The notes under the pieces are model-generated. The model was given only the letters and a program-made list of their open reading frames with translations. It was not told the origin of the DNA and made no database searches. Position numbers and translations under genes: made by a program. A stretch of DNA of 32,000 nt from Thermodesulfobacteriota bacterium (GTDB lineage: Bacteria > Desulfobacterota > WTBG01 > JAGOGO01). This document shows, piece after piece, positions 1 through 8,390 of the stretch; the stretch's first letter is position 1; each line of letters begins with the position of its first letter. Location of the stretch: the NCBI GenBank assembly GCA_026625185.1, contig CP113000.1:2712651-2744650 (forward strand), written 5' to 3'.

Positions 1-540
1 CAATACCGCCTGAAACCCTTTACCTTCCTCCGTCATGCGGGTAAGGATATAATTTGCGGTTCCATTTAAGATACCAAAAATGGTAGTGATTTTATTGGCT
101 GACAAACCTTCTTTAATAGCGCGGATGATAGGAATCCCGCCGCAGACACTTCCCTCAAAACCGATATCTACCTGACGTTCAAATGCGGATTTAAAAATTT
201 CCTCACCCCGCGTAGAAAGGAGAGCTTTATTGGCGGTTACTACGTGTTTTCCGTTTTGAATCGCTTTTAATAAAAAAGAAGCAGCCGGCTCTTCCCCACC
301 CATAAGTTCCACTACGATGGGAATTTGGGGGTCATTAATCACTTCCAGCGCATCCTGAGTAAGAGGGAGATGGTTGAGAGAAATTCCTCGGTCATAAGTA
401 AAATCCAAATCCGCAACTTTAGCGATCTCAATGATCGCGCCAAGACGATTCTGAATGAGGTCCTGGTTTTGCTGCAGAATTTTAACCACTCCGGTACCAA
501 CCGTTCCCAAACCAATAATGCCGATCTTTATCGTTTTCAT
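1..540 (-). CDS. hom: Homoserine dehydrogenase, N-terminal 180 codons (gene runs off the left edge)
   Basis: Not in the ORF track because it is open to position 1. Hand translation of the minus strand from the ATG (reverse complement of 538-540) gives MKTIKIGIIGLGTVGTGVVKILQQNQDLIQNRLG...VTANKALLSTRGEEIF...GFEGSVCGGIPIIRAIKEGL...ILNGTANYILTRMTEEG. This shows the GxGxxG NAD(P)-binding start and motifs typical of homoserine dehydrogenase. Confidence 0.9.
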   Translation of the reverse strand, partial: MKTIKIGIIGLGTVGTGVVKILQQNQDLIQNRLGAIIEIAKVADLDFTYDRGISLNHLPLTQDALEVINDPQIPIVVELMGGEEPAASFLLKAIQNGKHVVTANKALLSTRGEEIFKSAFERQVDIGFEGSVCGGIPIIRAIKEGLSANKITTIFGILNGTANYILTRMTEEGKGFQAVL

Positions 541-664
541 AGGACTTATAGTAAGCACTTTATGACAAAAAATGAAACTTCGTTGGGCCACGCAACCGGT
601 TATGTACTATGGTACTATCGACAACAAGGGTTTTATATAAAATGACAGAAGTCTTACACAGATT

Positions 665-726
665 GTCATTCCGGGCCTGACCCGGAATCCAGTATTTTTC
701 TGGATTCCCGTTTTCGCGGGAATGAC
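665..726. repeat. REP-like nested palindromic element: two inverted copies of a GTCATTCC..GGGAATCCA unit
   Basis: Unit 1 is GTCATTCCGGGCCTGACCCGGAATCCAG (665-692). The reverse complement of 701-726 is GTCATTCCCGCGAAAACGGGAATCCA. Each unit is itself a hairpin (668-688 and 704-723). A third hairpin, GGAATCCAG/CTGGATTCC (684-708), bridges the two units. The element lies in the alaC-hom spacer. Confidence 0.65.
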
Positions 727-760
727 GTGTTATGTTGTATTTAATGACGCTGTATACAGA

Positions 761-1933
761 TTAACTTCTCAGCAAATTTCGGATGCCACGAACCGCCTGG
801 TTTATTCGGTGTTCATTTTCTACCAAAGCAAACCTTACACAGTCATCTCCATGTTCTCCAAAACCGATTCCCGGAGCCACTGCTACTTTAGCCTTATCCA
901 AAAGAAGCTTGGAAAACTCAAAAGAACCCATCTTGCGAAACCTTTCAGGAATCTGAGCCCAAACAAACATGGTCGCCTTTGGTTTTTCCAGTTCCCAACC
1001 TGCGCGGTTTAAACCATTAACAAGCTGATCTCTTCTTTTCTGATACGTAGATACAATCTCCTTGACATGCTTTGGACTGCCGTTGAGAGCAATAATAGAA
1101 GCGATTTGAATCGGTTGAAAGATCCCATAATCAAAGTAGCTTTTTAACCGTGCCAAAGAGCCAATGATATTTTCATTGCCAACCACAAATCCTACTCTCC
1201 ATCCCGGCATATTGTAACTTTTTGAAAGGGTGAAAAGTTCAACCCCAACCTCACGGGATCCTTTTGCCTGTAAAAAGCTGGGAGCTTCATAACCGTCAAA
1301 AACTAAATCAGCATACGCGAAATCGTGGATTACGATCAGGTTATTTTCTTGGGCAAAATCCACCACCTTTTTAAAAAACTCACTATCAACCACCATAGTC
1401 GTTGGATTGTGGGGAAAAGAAAGGATGAGGATTTTAGGCTTGGGCCAAGACCTTTTTGTGGCTTCAACCAATTCTTCAAAAAATTCCTCCGGACTTCTCA
1501 TGGGGAGGTTAATTAAATCGCCTCCTGCAATAATAACCGAATAAGCATGAATAGGGTAGGTGGGGTTCGGAACCAGCACCGTGGTTCCGGGCGTCACCAT
1601 AGTCAAAATGAGGTGGGATAATCCCTCTTTACTCCCTATGGTTACCACGGCTTCTTTATCAGCGTTCAAATCGACATTAAATCTTCGTTTATACCAATCA
1701 CAGATCGCAAGCCTGAGCTTATAGATGCCCCGCGAAGCTGAATAACGATGATTACGAGGATTGATAGTTGCTTTGTTCATTTTTTCGACAATATGGGGTG
1801 GGGTTGGGAGATCCGGATTACCCATTCCCAAATCAATGACATCATCACCACGTTTGCGAGCTTGATGTTTTAATTCATTGACCGCTCCCAGGACATAGGG
1901 AGGCAAACGTTTAATTCGGGGGAACTCTTCCAT
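761..1933 (-). CDS. alaC: Class I/II PLP-dependent aminotransferase, AlaC/YfdZ-like (alanine/glutamate-pyruvate aminotransferase type)
   Basis: 390-aa ORF. The N-terminus [47 protein letters not shown] and [23 protein letters not shown] closely recall E. coli AlaC. The PLP-lysine motif [13 protein letters not shown] is present. The exact substrate was not determined. Confidence 0.8.
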   Translation of the reverse strand: MEEFPRIKRLPPYVLGAVNELKHQARKRGDDVIDLGMGNPDLPTPPHIVEKMNKATINPRNHRYSASRGIYKLRLAICDWYKRRFNVDLNADKEAVVTIGSKEGLSHLILTMVTPGTTVLVPNPTYPIHAYSVIIAGGDLINLPMRSPEEFFEELVEATKRSWPKPKILILSFPHNPTTMVVDSEFFKKVVDFAQENNLIVIHDFAYADLVFDGYEAPSFLQAKGSREVGVELFTLSKSYNMPGWRVGFVVGNENIIGSLARLKSYFDYGIFQPIQIASIIALNGSPKHVKEIVSTYQKRRDQLVNGLNRAGWELEKPKATMFVWAQIPERFRKMGSFEFSKLLLDKAKVAVAPGIGFGEHGDDCVRFALVENEHRINQAVRGIRNLLRS

Positions 1934-1987
1934 TAAAAAATCCTTATTATAAAGTTACTAATTTTATGTTACTGAATAAAAAAACCA

Positions 1988-3031
1988 TTATGAAAAACAT
2001 CGCCAAAATTCCTGCTGAACTTTTTTTACCCGGTTAATAACCGGGTTGATTTCTTCGGAGCTTTTTGAATGAACTATCTTGGATTGAGTTTTGCCGGAAA
2101 GTTCCAAAAGCACCGTTTGGACGGAATCACGAAGCCCCATTAAACCATATCCCCCTTCTAAAGCCATGGCCAGTTTACCATTGCATATTTGTTGAGCGCA
2201 ATCCATTAACATTCGAGTAAGAAAGGCGAAGCCCTCTGGGGTTACCCTCATCCCTCCCAAGGGGTCGTCAAAATGAATGTCAAACCCCGCTGATACCAGA
2301 ATAAAATCCGGAGAAAACTCACGCGCAATGGGTATCAGGATTTCTCTAAAAATCGTACTATATTCTTCGTCTCCTGCTCCGCGTTGGAGAGGCACATTAA
2401 TGGTAAAGCCTTTGCCTTTTCCTTTACCCACGTCACCAAAATCGCCCGTCCCAGGATAAAACGGATACTGATGAGTTGAGAAATAAAGGATTTGGGAATT
2501 GTCATAAAAAGAATGCTGAGTTCCATTGCCATGGTGCAGATCCCAATCCACAATCAATACCTTATTTAAACTGAATTTTTTAATTAAATACAGCGCACCA
2601 ATAGCAACATTGTTAAAAATACAAAATCCCATGGCCCGGTTTGCTTCAGCATGGTGGCCCGGAGGACGAACCAGCGCAAAACCATTTCCAAGCAATCCAT
2701 TCTGTATTATTTCCAACAGAGACAAAAAACCACCCGCAGCCAACTTTGCGGCCCGAAAAGAATCCGGTCCCGCGGAAGTATCAGCGTCCAAAGGGGTTAT
2801 GCCGCGACGAAGAGCAGTTTCTGACACTTTTCGGTAGTAAGAAGGATCGTGGACCGCAGTAATCTCCTCTTCAGTAGCCTCCCGAGGAAAAATTTTTTTA
2901 AAAAGAGCATTCATTTCCGGCTGATCTAACATTTCATAAATTACTTCAAGTCGTTCCGGACATTCCGGATGAGAATATCCATTTATATGTTTTTTGTAGA
3001 AATCATCCCTTACAATACCCGTTTTTGACAT
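1988..3031 (-). CDS. Histone deacetylase-family (acetoin utilisation / acetylpolyamine amidohydrolase-like) zinc deacetylase
   Basis: 347-aa ORF with the HDAC signatures RPPGHHA, DWDLHHGNGTQ and GGYG near the C-terminus. Confidence 0.85.
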   Translation of the reverse strand: MSKTGIVRDDFYKKHINGYSHPECPERLEVIYEMLDQPEMNALFKKIFPREATEEEITAVHDPSYYRKVSETALRRGITPLDADTSAGPDSFRAAKLAAGGFLSLLEIIQNGLLGNGFALVRPPGHHAEANRAMGFCIFNNVAIGALYLIKKFSLNKVLIVDWDLHHGNGTQHSFYDNSQILYFSTHQYPFYPGTGDFGDVGKGKGKGFTINVPLQRGAGDEEYSTIFREILIPIAREFSPDFILVSAGFDIHFDDPLGGMRVTPEGFAFLTRMLMDCAQQICNGKLAMALEGGYGLMGLRDSVQTVLLELSGKTQSKIVHSKSSEEINPVINRVKKVQQEFWRCFS

Positions 3032-3139
3032 AACTACTCCTGATTTACCTAGATAATTTCATTTCCCCTTGACAAAATATGGGAAAAATTAGTAAGTAAT
3101 TTACAATTAGATATTCTTTTGGTCAAGAAAATATCCAAG

Positions 3140-3169
3140 TTGACTCTTGAGGGGGGTTGTTTATATAAT
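3140..3169 (+). promoter_or_regulatory. Putative sigma70-type promoter for tRNA-Gln
   Basis: TTGACT (3140-3145), an 18-nt spacer, then TATAAT (3164-3169). The -10 element ends 13 nt before the mature tRNA 5' end at 3183. Confidence 0.45.
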
Positions 3170-3182
3170 AATTAATTGTTTC

Positions 3183-3253
3183 TGGGGAATCGTCCAGCGG
3201 CAGGACATCAGACTCTGGATCTGATTACCCAGGTTCGAATCCTGGTTCCCCAG
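3183..3253 (+). tRNA. tRNA-Gln (anticodon CTG)
   Basis: Hand-folded cloverleaf with perfect stems: acceptor TGGGGAA/TTCCCCA, D stem GTCC/GGAC, anticodon stem TCAGA/TCTGA, T stem CCAGG/CCTGG. The anticodon loop is CTCTGGA and the T loop is TTCGAAT. The discriminator is G and no CCA is encoded. The layout matches E. coli tRNA-Gln. Confidence 0.92.
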
Positions 3254-3508
3254 TTTTTTAATGGTGGTAAAATTACTTTTCCGTAACCTTTCCTGCTTGT
3301 TCAACCGCATAAGGCTTAAACAAGAAAAAAATCTATTTTTTTTAAAGCGCAACGATAAGTTGGCTGACAGAAATCATTTTCTGACTAAGGAAGGAAAAAA
3401 GTTTTTTTGTGAACCGCAAAAGGGAAGATGTTTTTTAAGAAAAAAATTGAATAATAGAAAAAATAAGCTATAATAAAAAATTAACCAAAATACAAACCAT
3501 TTTAAGAA

Positions 3509-3582
3509 GGCGGTGTAGCTCAGTTGGTTAGAGCATGCGGCTCATATCCGCAGTGTCCGGGGTTCAAATCCCTGCACCGCCA
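3509..3582 (+). tRNA. tRNA with CAT anticodon (elongator Met type; tRNA-Ile2/lysidine type not excluded)
   Basis: Acceptor GGCGGTG/CACCGCC is perfect. D arm is GCTC-AGTTGGTTA-GAGC, anticodon stem is TGCGG/CCGCA with loop CTCATAT, and T arm is CGGGG-TTCAAAT-CCCTG. The discriminator is A. It is not an initiator: base pair 1-72 is paired and the anticodon stem lacks the three consecutive G-C pairs. Confidence 0.9.
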
Positions 3583-3608
3583 CTTAATAACCAAAATGTT
3601 ATTTGATA

Positions 3609-3645
3609 AAACCCTTTCTATCTGTTGGAAAGGGTTTATTTGTGT
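3609..3645 (+). terminator. Stem-loop plus T-rich tail between tRNA(CAT) and tilS
   Basis: A 10-bp stem, AAACCCTTTC (3609-3618) paired with GAAAGGGTTT (3628-3637), with a 9-nt loop, followed by ATTTGTGT. The right arm contains the only SD-like purine run (GAAAGGG) upstream of the tilS ATG at 3646. Confidence 0.5.
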
Positions 3646-5037
3646 ATGAAGAAAATAAAATTTTTAAAGCGGATCCAACAAACCATTGAACGTTATAAAA
3701 TGCTCGCAATCGGAGACAGGGTGATCGTGTGTGTTTCCGGGGGACCTGATTCAATGGCGCTGTTATTTGCTTTGCATCAACTGCAAGACGACTATCAGCT
3801 TTCTCTTTGGGGCTCCCATTATAACCATAAGCTCAGAGGGAAAGAATCGGATCAAGAGGCTGAGTTTGTTAAATGCCAGGCAGAACGAATAGGCATTCCT
3901 TTATTGGTTGAGGATGACAATGGTTCACTTTTGAAAACCAAAGGCAATTTAGAGGAAACAGCCCGAAATAAGCGGTATGCTTTTTTTCAGAAGAAAACTT
4001 TAGAGCTAAATGCCCAGAAAGTCGCCCTCGGCCATACTGCCACTGATCAGGCAGAAACTTTTTTTCTTTGGCTATTCCGGGGAGTGGGTACTAAAGGACT
4101 GGGCTGCATACCTCCGGTACGAGATAATTTGATCATTCGGCCGTTAATTGAAACTGAGCGGGAAGAAATTATAGGTTTTCTAAAAGAAAAGGGTATTCCT
4201 TGGAAAGAAGACCCAACAAATAAAGCAGGCAACTTTCTCAGAAATCGTGTTCGAAGGATATTAATTCCTAAGCTTTTGAAGGAATTTGATCCCCATCTTG
4301 TTAAAAAGATAATCAAAACTACCGAGATTTTTAGAGATGATGATATTTTTTTGGAAAAATTAACATTAGATAAGTTAAATGAAATTAGTATAAAAAATGA
4401 TAAAACTAACGTATTACTTGATATTAATAAATTAGAAGTACTACCTGTTTCTTTAAAACGCCGCGTAATCAGATACGCTCTTAAAACAATTCAAGGGGCA
4501 CTTCGAAGGGTAAACTTTGATCATGTTGAAAGTATATTAAAGCTCATTAAGAGCCATCAACCGCATTCACAAATTTCACTTCCTTATGAAATCGAAGTTT
4601 ATAAGGAGTATAATCGTTTGAGGTTTGCCCGGGCTTTAAAGGAAACGATTTCTTTTTATTATGAGGCTTATAAAGTGCCTGAGATAATCATTATCCCAGA
4701 AATTGAGAGGAAGATCACAATCACTACGTTAGACTGGGACCAGAACAATTCACCGTTGACGGAGAAAAATGTTGCTCTTATTGATTTTGAAAAAATAAAT
4801 TTCCCACTTGTTGTCAGAAATTGGAAACGTGGCGATCGTTTTCAACCATTGGGGACACAAGGTTCTAAAAAAGTAAAGGATTTTTTTATTGACCTCAAAA
4901 TCCCCCGAATTGAACGTAAGCAAGTTCCCCTTGTGCTTTGCGGGGATCAAATTGCCTGGATAGCCGGGCTCAGGGTTGATGAAAAAGTTAAGATTACTCA
5001 ATCAACCAAAAAAGTTGTTAAGATGGTTATTATTTAA
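3646..5037 (+). CDS. tilS: tRNA(Ile)-lysidine synthase
   Basis: PP-loop ATPase motif VCVSGGPDSMAL. The length and C-terminal domain (RNWKRGDRFQPLG..KKVKDFFID.KIP) are typical of TilS. I prefer the ATG at 3646 (MKKIKFLKR...) over the ORF-track TTG at 3625, which lies inside the hairpin loop. Classical tilS-ftsH synteny. Confidence 0.9.
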   Translation: MKKIKFLKRIQQTIERYKMLAIGDRVIVCVSGGPDSMALLFALHQLQDDYQLSLWGSHYNHKLRGKESDQEAEFVKCQAERIGIPLLVEDDNGSLLKTKGNLEETARNKRYAFFQKKTLELNAQKVALGHTATDQAETFFLWLFRGVGTKGLGCIPPVRDNLIIRPLIETEREEIIGFLKEKGIPWKEDPTNKAGNFLRNRVRRILIPKLLKEFDPHLVKKIIKTTEIFRDDDIFLEKLTLDKLNEISIKNDKTNVLLDINKLEVLPVSLKRRVIRYALKTIQGALRRVNFDHVESILKLIKSHQPHSQISLPYEIEVYKEYNRLRFARALKETISFYYEAYKVPEIIIIPEIERKITITTLDWDQNNSPLTEKNVALIDFEKINFPLVVRNWKRGDRFQPLGTQGSKKVKDFFIDLKIPRIERKQVPLVLCGDQIAWIAGLRVDEKVKITQSTKKVVKMVII

Positions 5038-5141
5038 AAGATTTTTTATTTGTTCGGTAACGTTGTTTGTGGTAAACAATTATAGGAAGTTATATCTGTT
5101 TTTTGGTTAATTCTAAAAGGCTTTTATTAGGAGGTTGAGCA

Positions 5142-6980
5142 TTGAGATCGATTTATAAAAATTTACTTTTATGGTTAACGTTTAGTTTAATCCTGATTGT
5201 TATCTACCATATTTATAATCAGCCCCGAAAACCAATTGAGAAAATTAACTATTCTCAGTTTATAACACTTATAGAGCAGGGTAAAGTAACTGAAATTACG
5301 ATACAAGGGAAGAAAATTCAGGGATCACGCGGAAATGGAGAAAGTTTTAAAACCTATGCTCCGGATGATCCAGACCTTATAAAAACAATGCGCGAAAAGG
5401 GTGTTAAAATAAACGCTGAACCAGATGATGGTACCCCGTGGACAAGTATATTATTCTCTTTCTTGCTCCCCACAATCTTTTTTGTTGTTTTATGGGTCTT
5501 TTTTATTCGCCAGGTTCAGTCAGGCGGAAAGGCAATGTCTTTTGGAAAAAGTAGGCACCGGGTGCTTTCTGATTCTCAAGAACCAAAGGTAACGTTTAAA
5601 GATGTTGCCGGGGTTGAGGAGCCTAAACAAGAACTTGAAGAAATAATTGAGTTTTTAAAAAATCCAAAAAAATTTACCACTTTAGGAGGAAGAATTCCAA
5701 AAGGTGTTCTCCTTATCGGCGCTCCGGGAACCGGAAAAACACTTCTCGCCCGGGCAATCGCCGGGGAAGCTAATGTTCATTTTTTCAGCATCAGCGGTTC
5801 TGATTTTGTGGAAATGTTTGTAGGGGTCGGCGCTTCAAGGGTCCGCGATTTATTTCTCCAGGGTAAAAAACATGCTCCCTGTATTATTTTTATTGATGAA
5901 ATAGACGCAGTGGGACGTCATCGAGGCGCTGGTCTGGGGGGCGGGCATGACGAAAGGGAGCAGACTTTAAATCAACTCCTAGTAGAAATGGATGGCTTTG
6001 AATCAAGTGAAGGAGTTATCATAATTTCAGCAACTAACCGACCGGATGTTTTAGATCCCGCTTTAGTAAGACCCGGACGTTTTGACCGTCAAGTGATTGT
6101 TCCCATACCTGACATCAAGGGCCGAGAAAAAATACTCGAGGTTCATACTCAAAAGACTCCGCTTGGTGATGATGTTAATCTGGGAATCATTGCGCGAGGA
6201 ACTCCGGGACTGTGTGGCGCTGATTTGGCTAATTTAGTGAATGAAGCGGCCCTATTAGCTGCCCGAAAAGGAAGAACAAGTGTGATTAAAGAAGATTTTG
6301 AGCAGGCCAAAGACAAGGTTTTGATGGGGGTTGAGCGAAGAAGCATGGTCATTTCTCCTGAAGAAAAAAAGATTACTGCTTATCATGAAGCAGGACATAC
6401 TTTGGTGGCTAAACTTATTCCCGGTACGGATCCTATCCATAAAGTAACAATTATTCCTCGCGGGCATGCCTTGGGTTTAACCCAGCAACTTCCGATTGAT
6501 GAACGGCATACCTATCCTAAACAATACCTTATAGACTGCATTACCGTTCTTTTAGGCGGGAGGGGCGCTGAAGAATTAGTGCTTGAGAGTTTAACCACGG
6601 GCGCTGGAAATGATTTAGAACGAGCAACCGAAATAGCGCGAAAAATGGTCTGTGAATGGGGCATGAGTGATGATTTAGGGCCTTTAACTTTTGGGAAAAA
6701 GGAAGAACAAATTTTTTTGGGTCGAGAAATAGCCCAACACCGGGATTATAGTGAGGACACGGCTTTAAAGATAGATCATTCGATAAGAAAAATTGTTGAA
6801 TGGAGTCATATAAGGGCTCAGGATCTGCTAAGAGAGAATGAAGAGCTGCTCCATATATTGGCAAATACTCTTTTGGAGAATGAATCCTTGGATGGAGAGG
6901 AAGTTGACCGAATTTTAATGCTAAAAAATCAAGCTGGTTTAAATCCTCCCCAGGTGGAGTCACCCTCTTCTCCGAACTAA
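5142..6980 (+). CDS. ftsH: ATP-dependent zinc metalloprotease FtsH
   Basis: 612-aa ORF with two N-terminal TM segments, AAA+ Walker [12 protein letters not shown], Walker [33 protein letters not shown] and zinc site HEAGH. AGGAGG lies 6 nt upstream of the TTG start. Confidence 0.95.
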   Translation: MRSIYKNLLLWLTFSLILIVIYHIYNQPRKPIEKINYSQFITLIEQGKVTEITIQGKKIQGSRGNGESFKTYAPDDPDLIKTMREKGVKINAEPDDGTPWTSILFSFLLPTIFFVVLWVFFIRQVQSGGKAMSFGKSRHRVLSDSQEPKVTFKDVAGVEEPKQELEEIIEFLKNPKKFTTLGGRIPKGVLLIGAPGTGKTLLARAIAGEANVHFFSISGSDFVEMFVGVGASRVRDLFLQGKKHAPCIIFIDEIDAVGRHRGAGLGGGHDEREQTLNQLLVEMDGFESSEGVIIISATNRPDVLDPALVRPGRFDRQVIVPIPDIKGREKILEVHTQKTPLGDDVNLGIIARGTPGLCGADLANLVNEAALLAARKGRTSVIKEDFEQAKDKVLMGVERRSMVISPEEKKITAYHEAGHTLVAKLIPGTDPIHKVTIIPRGHALGLTQQLPIDERHTYPKQYLIDCITVLLGGRGAEELVLESLTTGAGNDLERATEIARKMVCEWGMSDDLGPLTFGKKEEQIFLGREIAQHRDYSEDTALKIDHSIRKIVEWSHIRAQDLLRENEELLHILANTLLENESLDGEEVDRILMLKNQAGLNPPQVESPSSPN

Positions 6981-6985
6981 GGGTT

Positions 6986-7123
6986 TTGCCCCGTTAGAAA
7001 AGTCCGGCTTGCCCCATTAGATATCAAATAGCTTAGGGAAGAAAAGGTCACAAGTCAAATTAAAATTTTACATTTTTTTCACATTGGGTAAATGCCCCGT
7101 GTGAAAGCTTTCTAACGGGGTTT
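6986..7123. repeat. Four copies of a CCCCGTTAGAAA-like motif (three direct, one inverted) in the ftsH-folP spacer
   Basis: Copy 1 is TTGCCCCGTTAGAAAAG (6986-7002). Copy 2 is TTGCCCCATTAGATA (7009-7023). Copy 3 is ATGCCCCGTGTGAAAG (7092-7107). Copy 4 is inverted: CTTTCTAACGGGG (7108-7120). Confidence 0.6.
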
Positions 7124-7125
7124 AT
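7094..7125 (+). terminator. Possible ftsH terminator / attenuator hairpin formed by motif copies 3 and 4
   Basis: CCCCGT(7095-7100) pairs with ACGGGG(7115-7120). There is a 2x2 internal loop and the inner palindrome GAAAGCTTTC. The hairpin is followed by TTTATCTGATT, which is a weak T tract. Confidence 0.3.
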
Positions 7126-7198
7126 CTGATTGTGCCGTGTTCAATAAAATCCTGTTTTAACATTTGTTTGGTGATGGTCACAATTTTTTAAACTCACT

Positions 7199-8068
7199 AT
7201 GCCTAAGGTAAATGGAAATCAAAGATTACTGATGGAGTGGAAGGGGGGGCATATTGATTTCTCACTCAAAACCTTTATAATGGGCATCCTCAACGTGACC
7301 CCTGATTCTTTTTCTGACGGAGGAAAATTTTGCGATACGGGAAGAGCGGTTGAACGCGCATTGATAATGCAGGAGGAAGGTGCTGATATAATCGATATCG
7401 GAGGTGAATCCAGCCGGCCGGGAGCAAAGCCAGTTTCTGCTGACGTGGAATTAAGTAGAGTTATGCCCGTGTTAAAGGCTATCGTTAAAAAGACAAAAGT
7501 TATCGTATCAATTGACACCATAAAGGCTATTGTGGCAGAGGAGGCATTGTCCGAGGGCGCCGAAATGGTAAACGACATAAGCGCCCTGCGGGGTGATCCT
7601 AAAATGGCTCCTTTGGTGGCAAAGCAAGAGGTCCCGGTTGTGCTGATGCACATGCGAGGAACAGCGCCTCAGAACATGCAAGCAAATACTCACTATCTCA
7701 ATCTTATCTCTGAGGTGATTGAATTTTTACAGGAAAGGATTGGTTTTGCACATGCCTCAGGGATTGGTCTTTCGCGGATTATAATTGATCCGGGGATTGG
7801 TTTTGGAAAGTCCATCGAGAAGGATAATTTTACTATTTTAAAACACCTTGAAAAATTTAAGTCTTTGGGAAAGCCAATTCTTGTTGGCCCTTCTCGAAAA
7901 GCTTTTCTGGGACATTTATTGAATTTGCCGGTAAATGACCGAGAAGAGGCTACTGCGGCGACAGTGGCAGTGGCAGTAATGAATGGAGCCAACATTGTGC
8001 GAGTCCATGATATAAAAAAAATAAAACGAGTCGTACAAGTTGTGGACGCCATTAAAGCCGCCGAATAA
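7199..8068 (+). CDS. folP: Dihydropteroate synthase
   Basis: Motifs IMGILNVTPDSFSDGG, IIDIGGESSRPGA, DTIKA, NDISAL, IIDPGIGFGK and GPSRK are the canonical DHPS signature set. ftsH-folP synteny. The start could instead be the internal Met (MEWKGG). Confidence 0.9.
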   Translation: MPKVNGNQRLLMEWKGGHIDFSLKTFIMGILNVTPDSFSDGGKFCDTGRAVERALIMQEEGADIIDIGGESSRPGAKPVSADVELSRVMPVLKAIVKKTKVIVSIDTIKAIVAEEALSEGAEMVNDISALRGDPKMAPLVAKQEVPVVLMHMRGTAPQNMQANTHYLNLISEVIEFLQERIGFAHASGIGLSRIIIDPGIGFGKSIEKDNFTILKHLEKFKSLGKPILVGPSRKAFLGHLLNLPVNDREEATAATVAVAVMNGANIVRVHDIKKIKRVVQVVDAIKAAE

Positions 8069-8079
8069 TATTGAGCATA

Positions 8080-8372
8080 ATGCTTAAAAATAAGAAACCA
8101 CTTTCTGAACTATCCCAGGTTATGCAAATTTTTCCACAAATTTTAATCAGTGTTTCGGTCACTAAACGAAAAGACATTTCACAAATCCCTGCTATTTCAA
8201 ATCAGATTCAGAGAGCGGAAAATAAAATAAATTAAAAGGAAAGGGGCGAGTAGTCATTAGACCTTCGGGCACGGAATCAAAAATCAGCGTGATGGTTGAG
8301 GGAGAAGACGAAGGAGAAATAAAATTAATCGCTGAGGAATTAGCCGGCTTTATTAAACATAATCTTGATTGA
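8080..8372 (+). pseudogene. glmM: Phosphoglucosamine mutase (glmM) C-terminal remnant, 5'-truncated and frameshifted
   Basis: Frame A (8080-8235) reads MLKNKKPLSELSQVMQIFPQILISVSVTKRKDISQIPAISNQIQRAENKIN*. A -1 shifted frame from 8232 reads [46 protein letters not shown] and ends at 8372. Together these match the GlmM C-terminal domain (E. coli ..[31 protein letters not shown]..). The first ~350 codons are absent because folP ends at 8068. Confidence 0.75.
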
Positions 8373-8390
8373 TTGATAAAGGAGAATTCA

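Noticed and set aside
325-645. 106-aa plus-strand ORF in the ORF track
   Set aside because: It lies antisense to the clearly recognisable homoserine dehydrogenase N-terminus (minus strand, 1-540). Its sequence has no family resemblance.
3261-3473. 70-aa Lys/Phe/Asn-rich ORF between the two tRNA genes, and its minus-strand counterpart at 3161-3352
   Set aside because: It is a low-complexity translation of an A/T-rich spacer. The minus-strand ORF runs straight through tRNA-Gln. There is no RBS or family resemblance.
3625-3645. Upstream-extended start codons offered by the ORF track: TTG 3625 for tilS, TTG 8373 for pdxJ, ATG 27352 for metF and ATG 29757 for the RseB-like gene
   Set aside because: In each case a downstream ATG has a better SD at proper spacing (8391, 27406), or gives the native-looking N-terminus or signal peptide, or gives stop/start coupling (3646, 29709). 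The extensions add non-conserved residues.
6541-6963. 140-aa minus-strand ORF. Similar long antisense ORFs lie at 7219-7653, 7693-8052, 14242-14772, 16119-16535, 24298-24720, 24838-25173, 25175-25498 and 26263-26613.
   Set aside because: All lie fully inside, and antisense to, genes with unmistakable family motifs (ftsH, folP, comEA/TPR, the CNNM gene, nuoF::gltD). Their compositions are Ser/Pro/Arg/Phe-skewed, which is typical of shadow frames.
6981-7198. Known folate-related riboswitch (THF or ZTP/pfl) upstream of folP
   Set aside because: I could not find the conserved cores I remember for either class. The repeated CCCCGTTAGAAA motif is reported as an unknown element instead.
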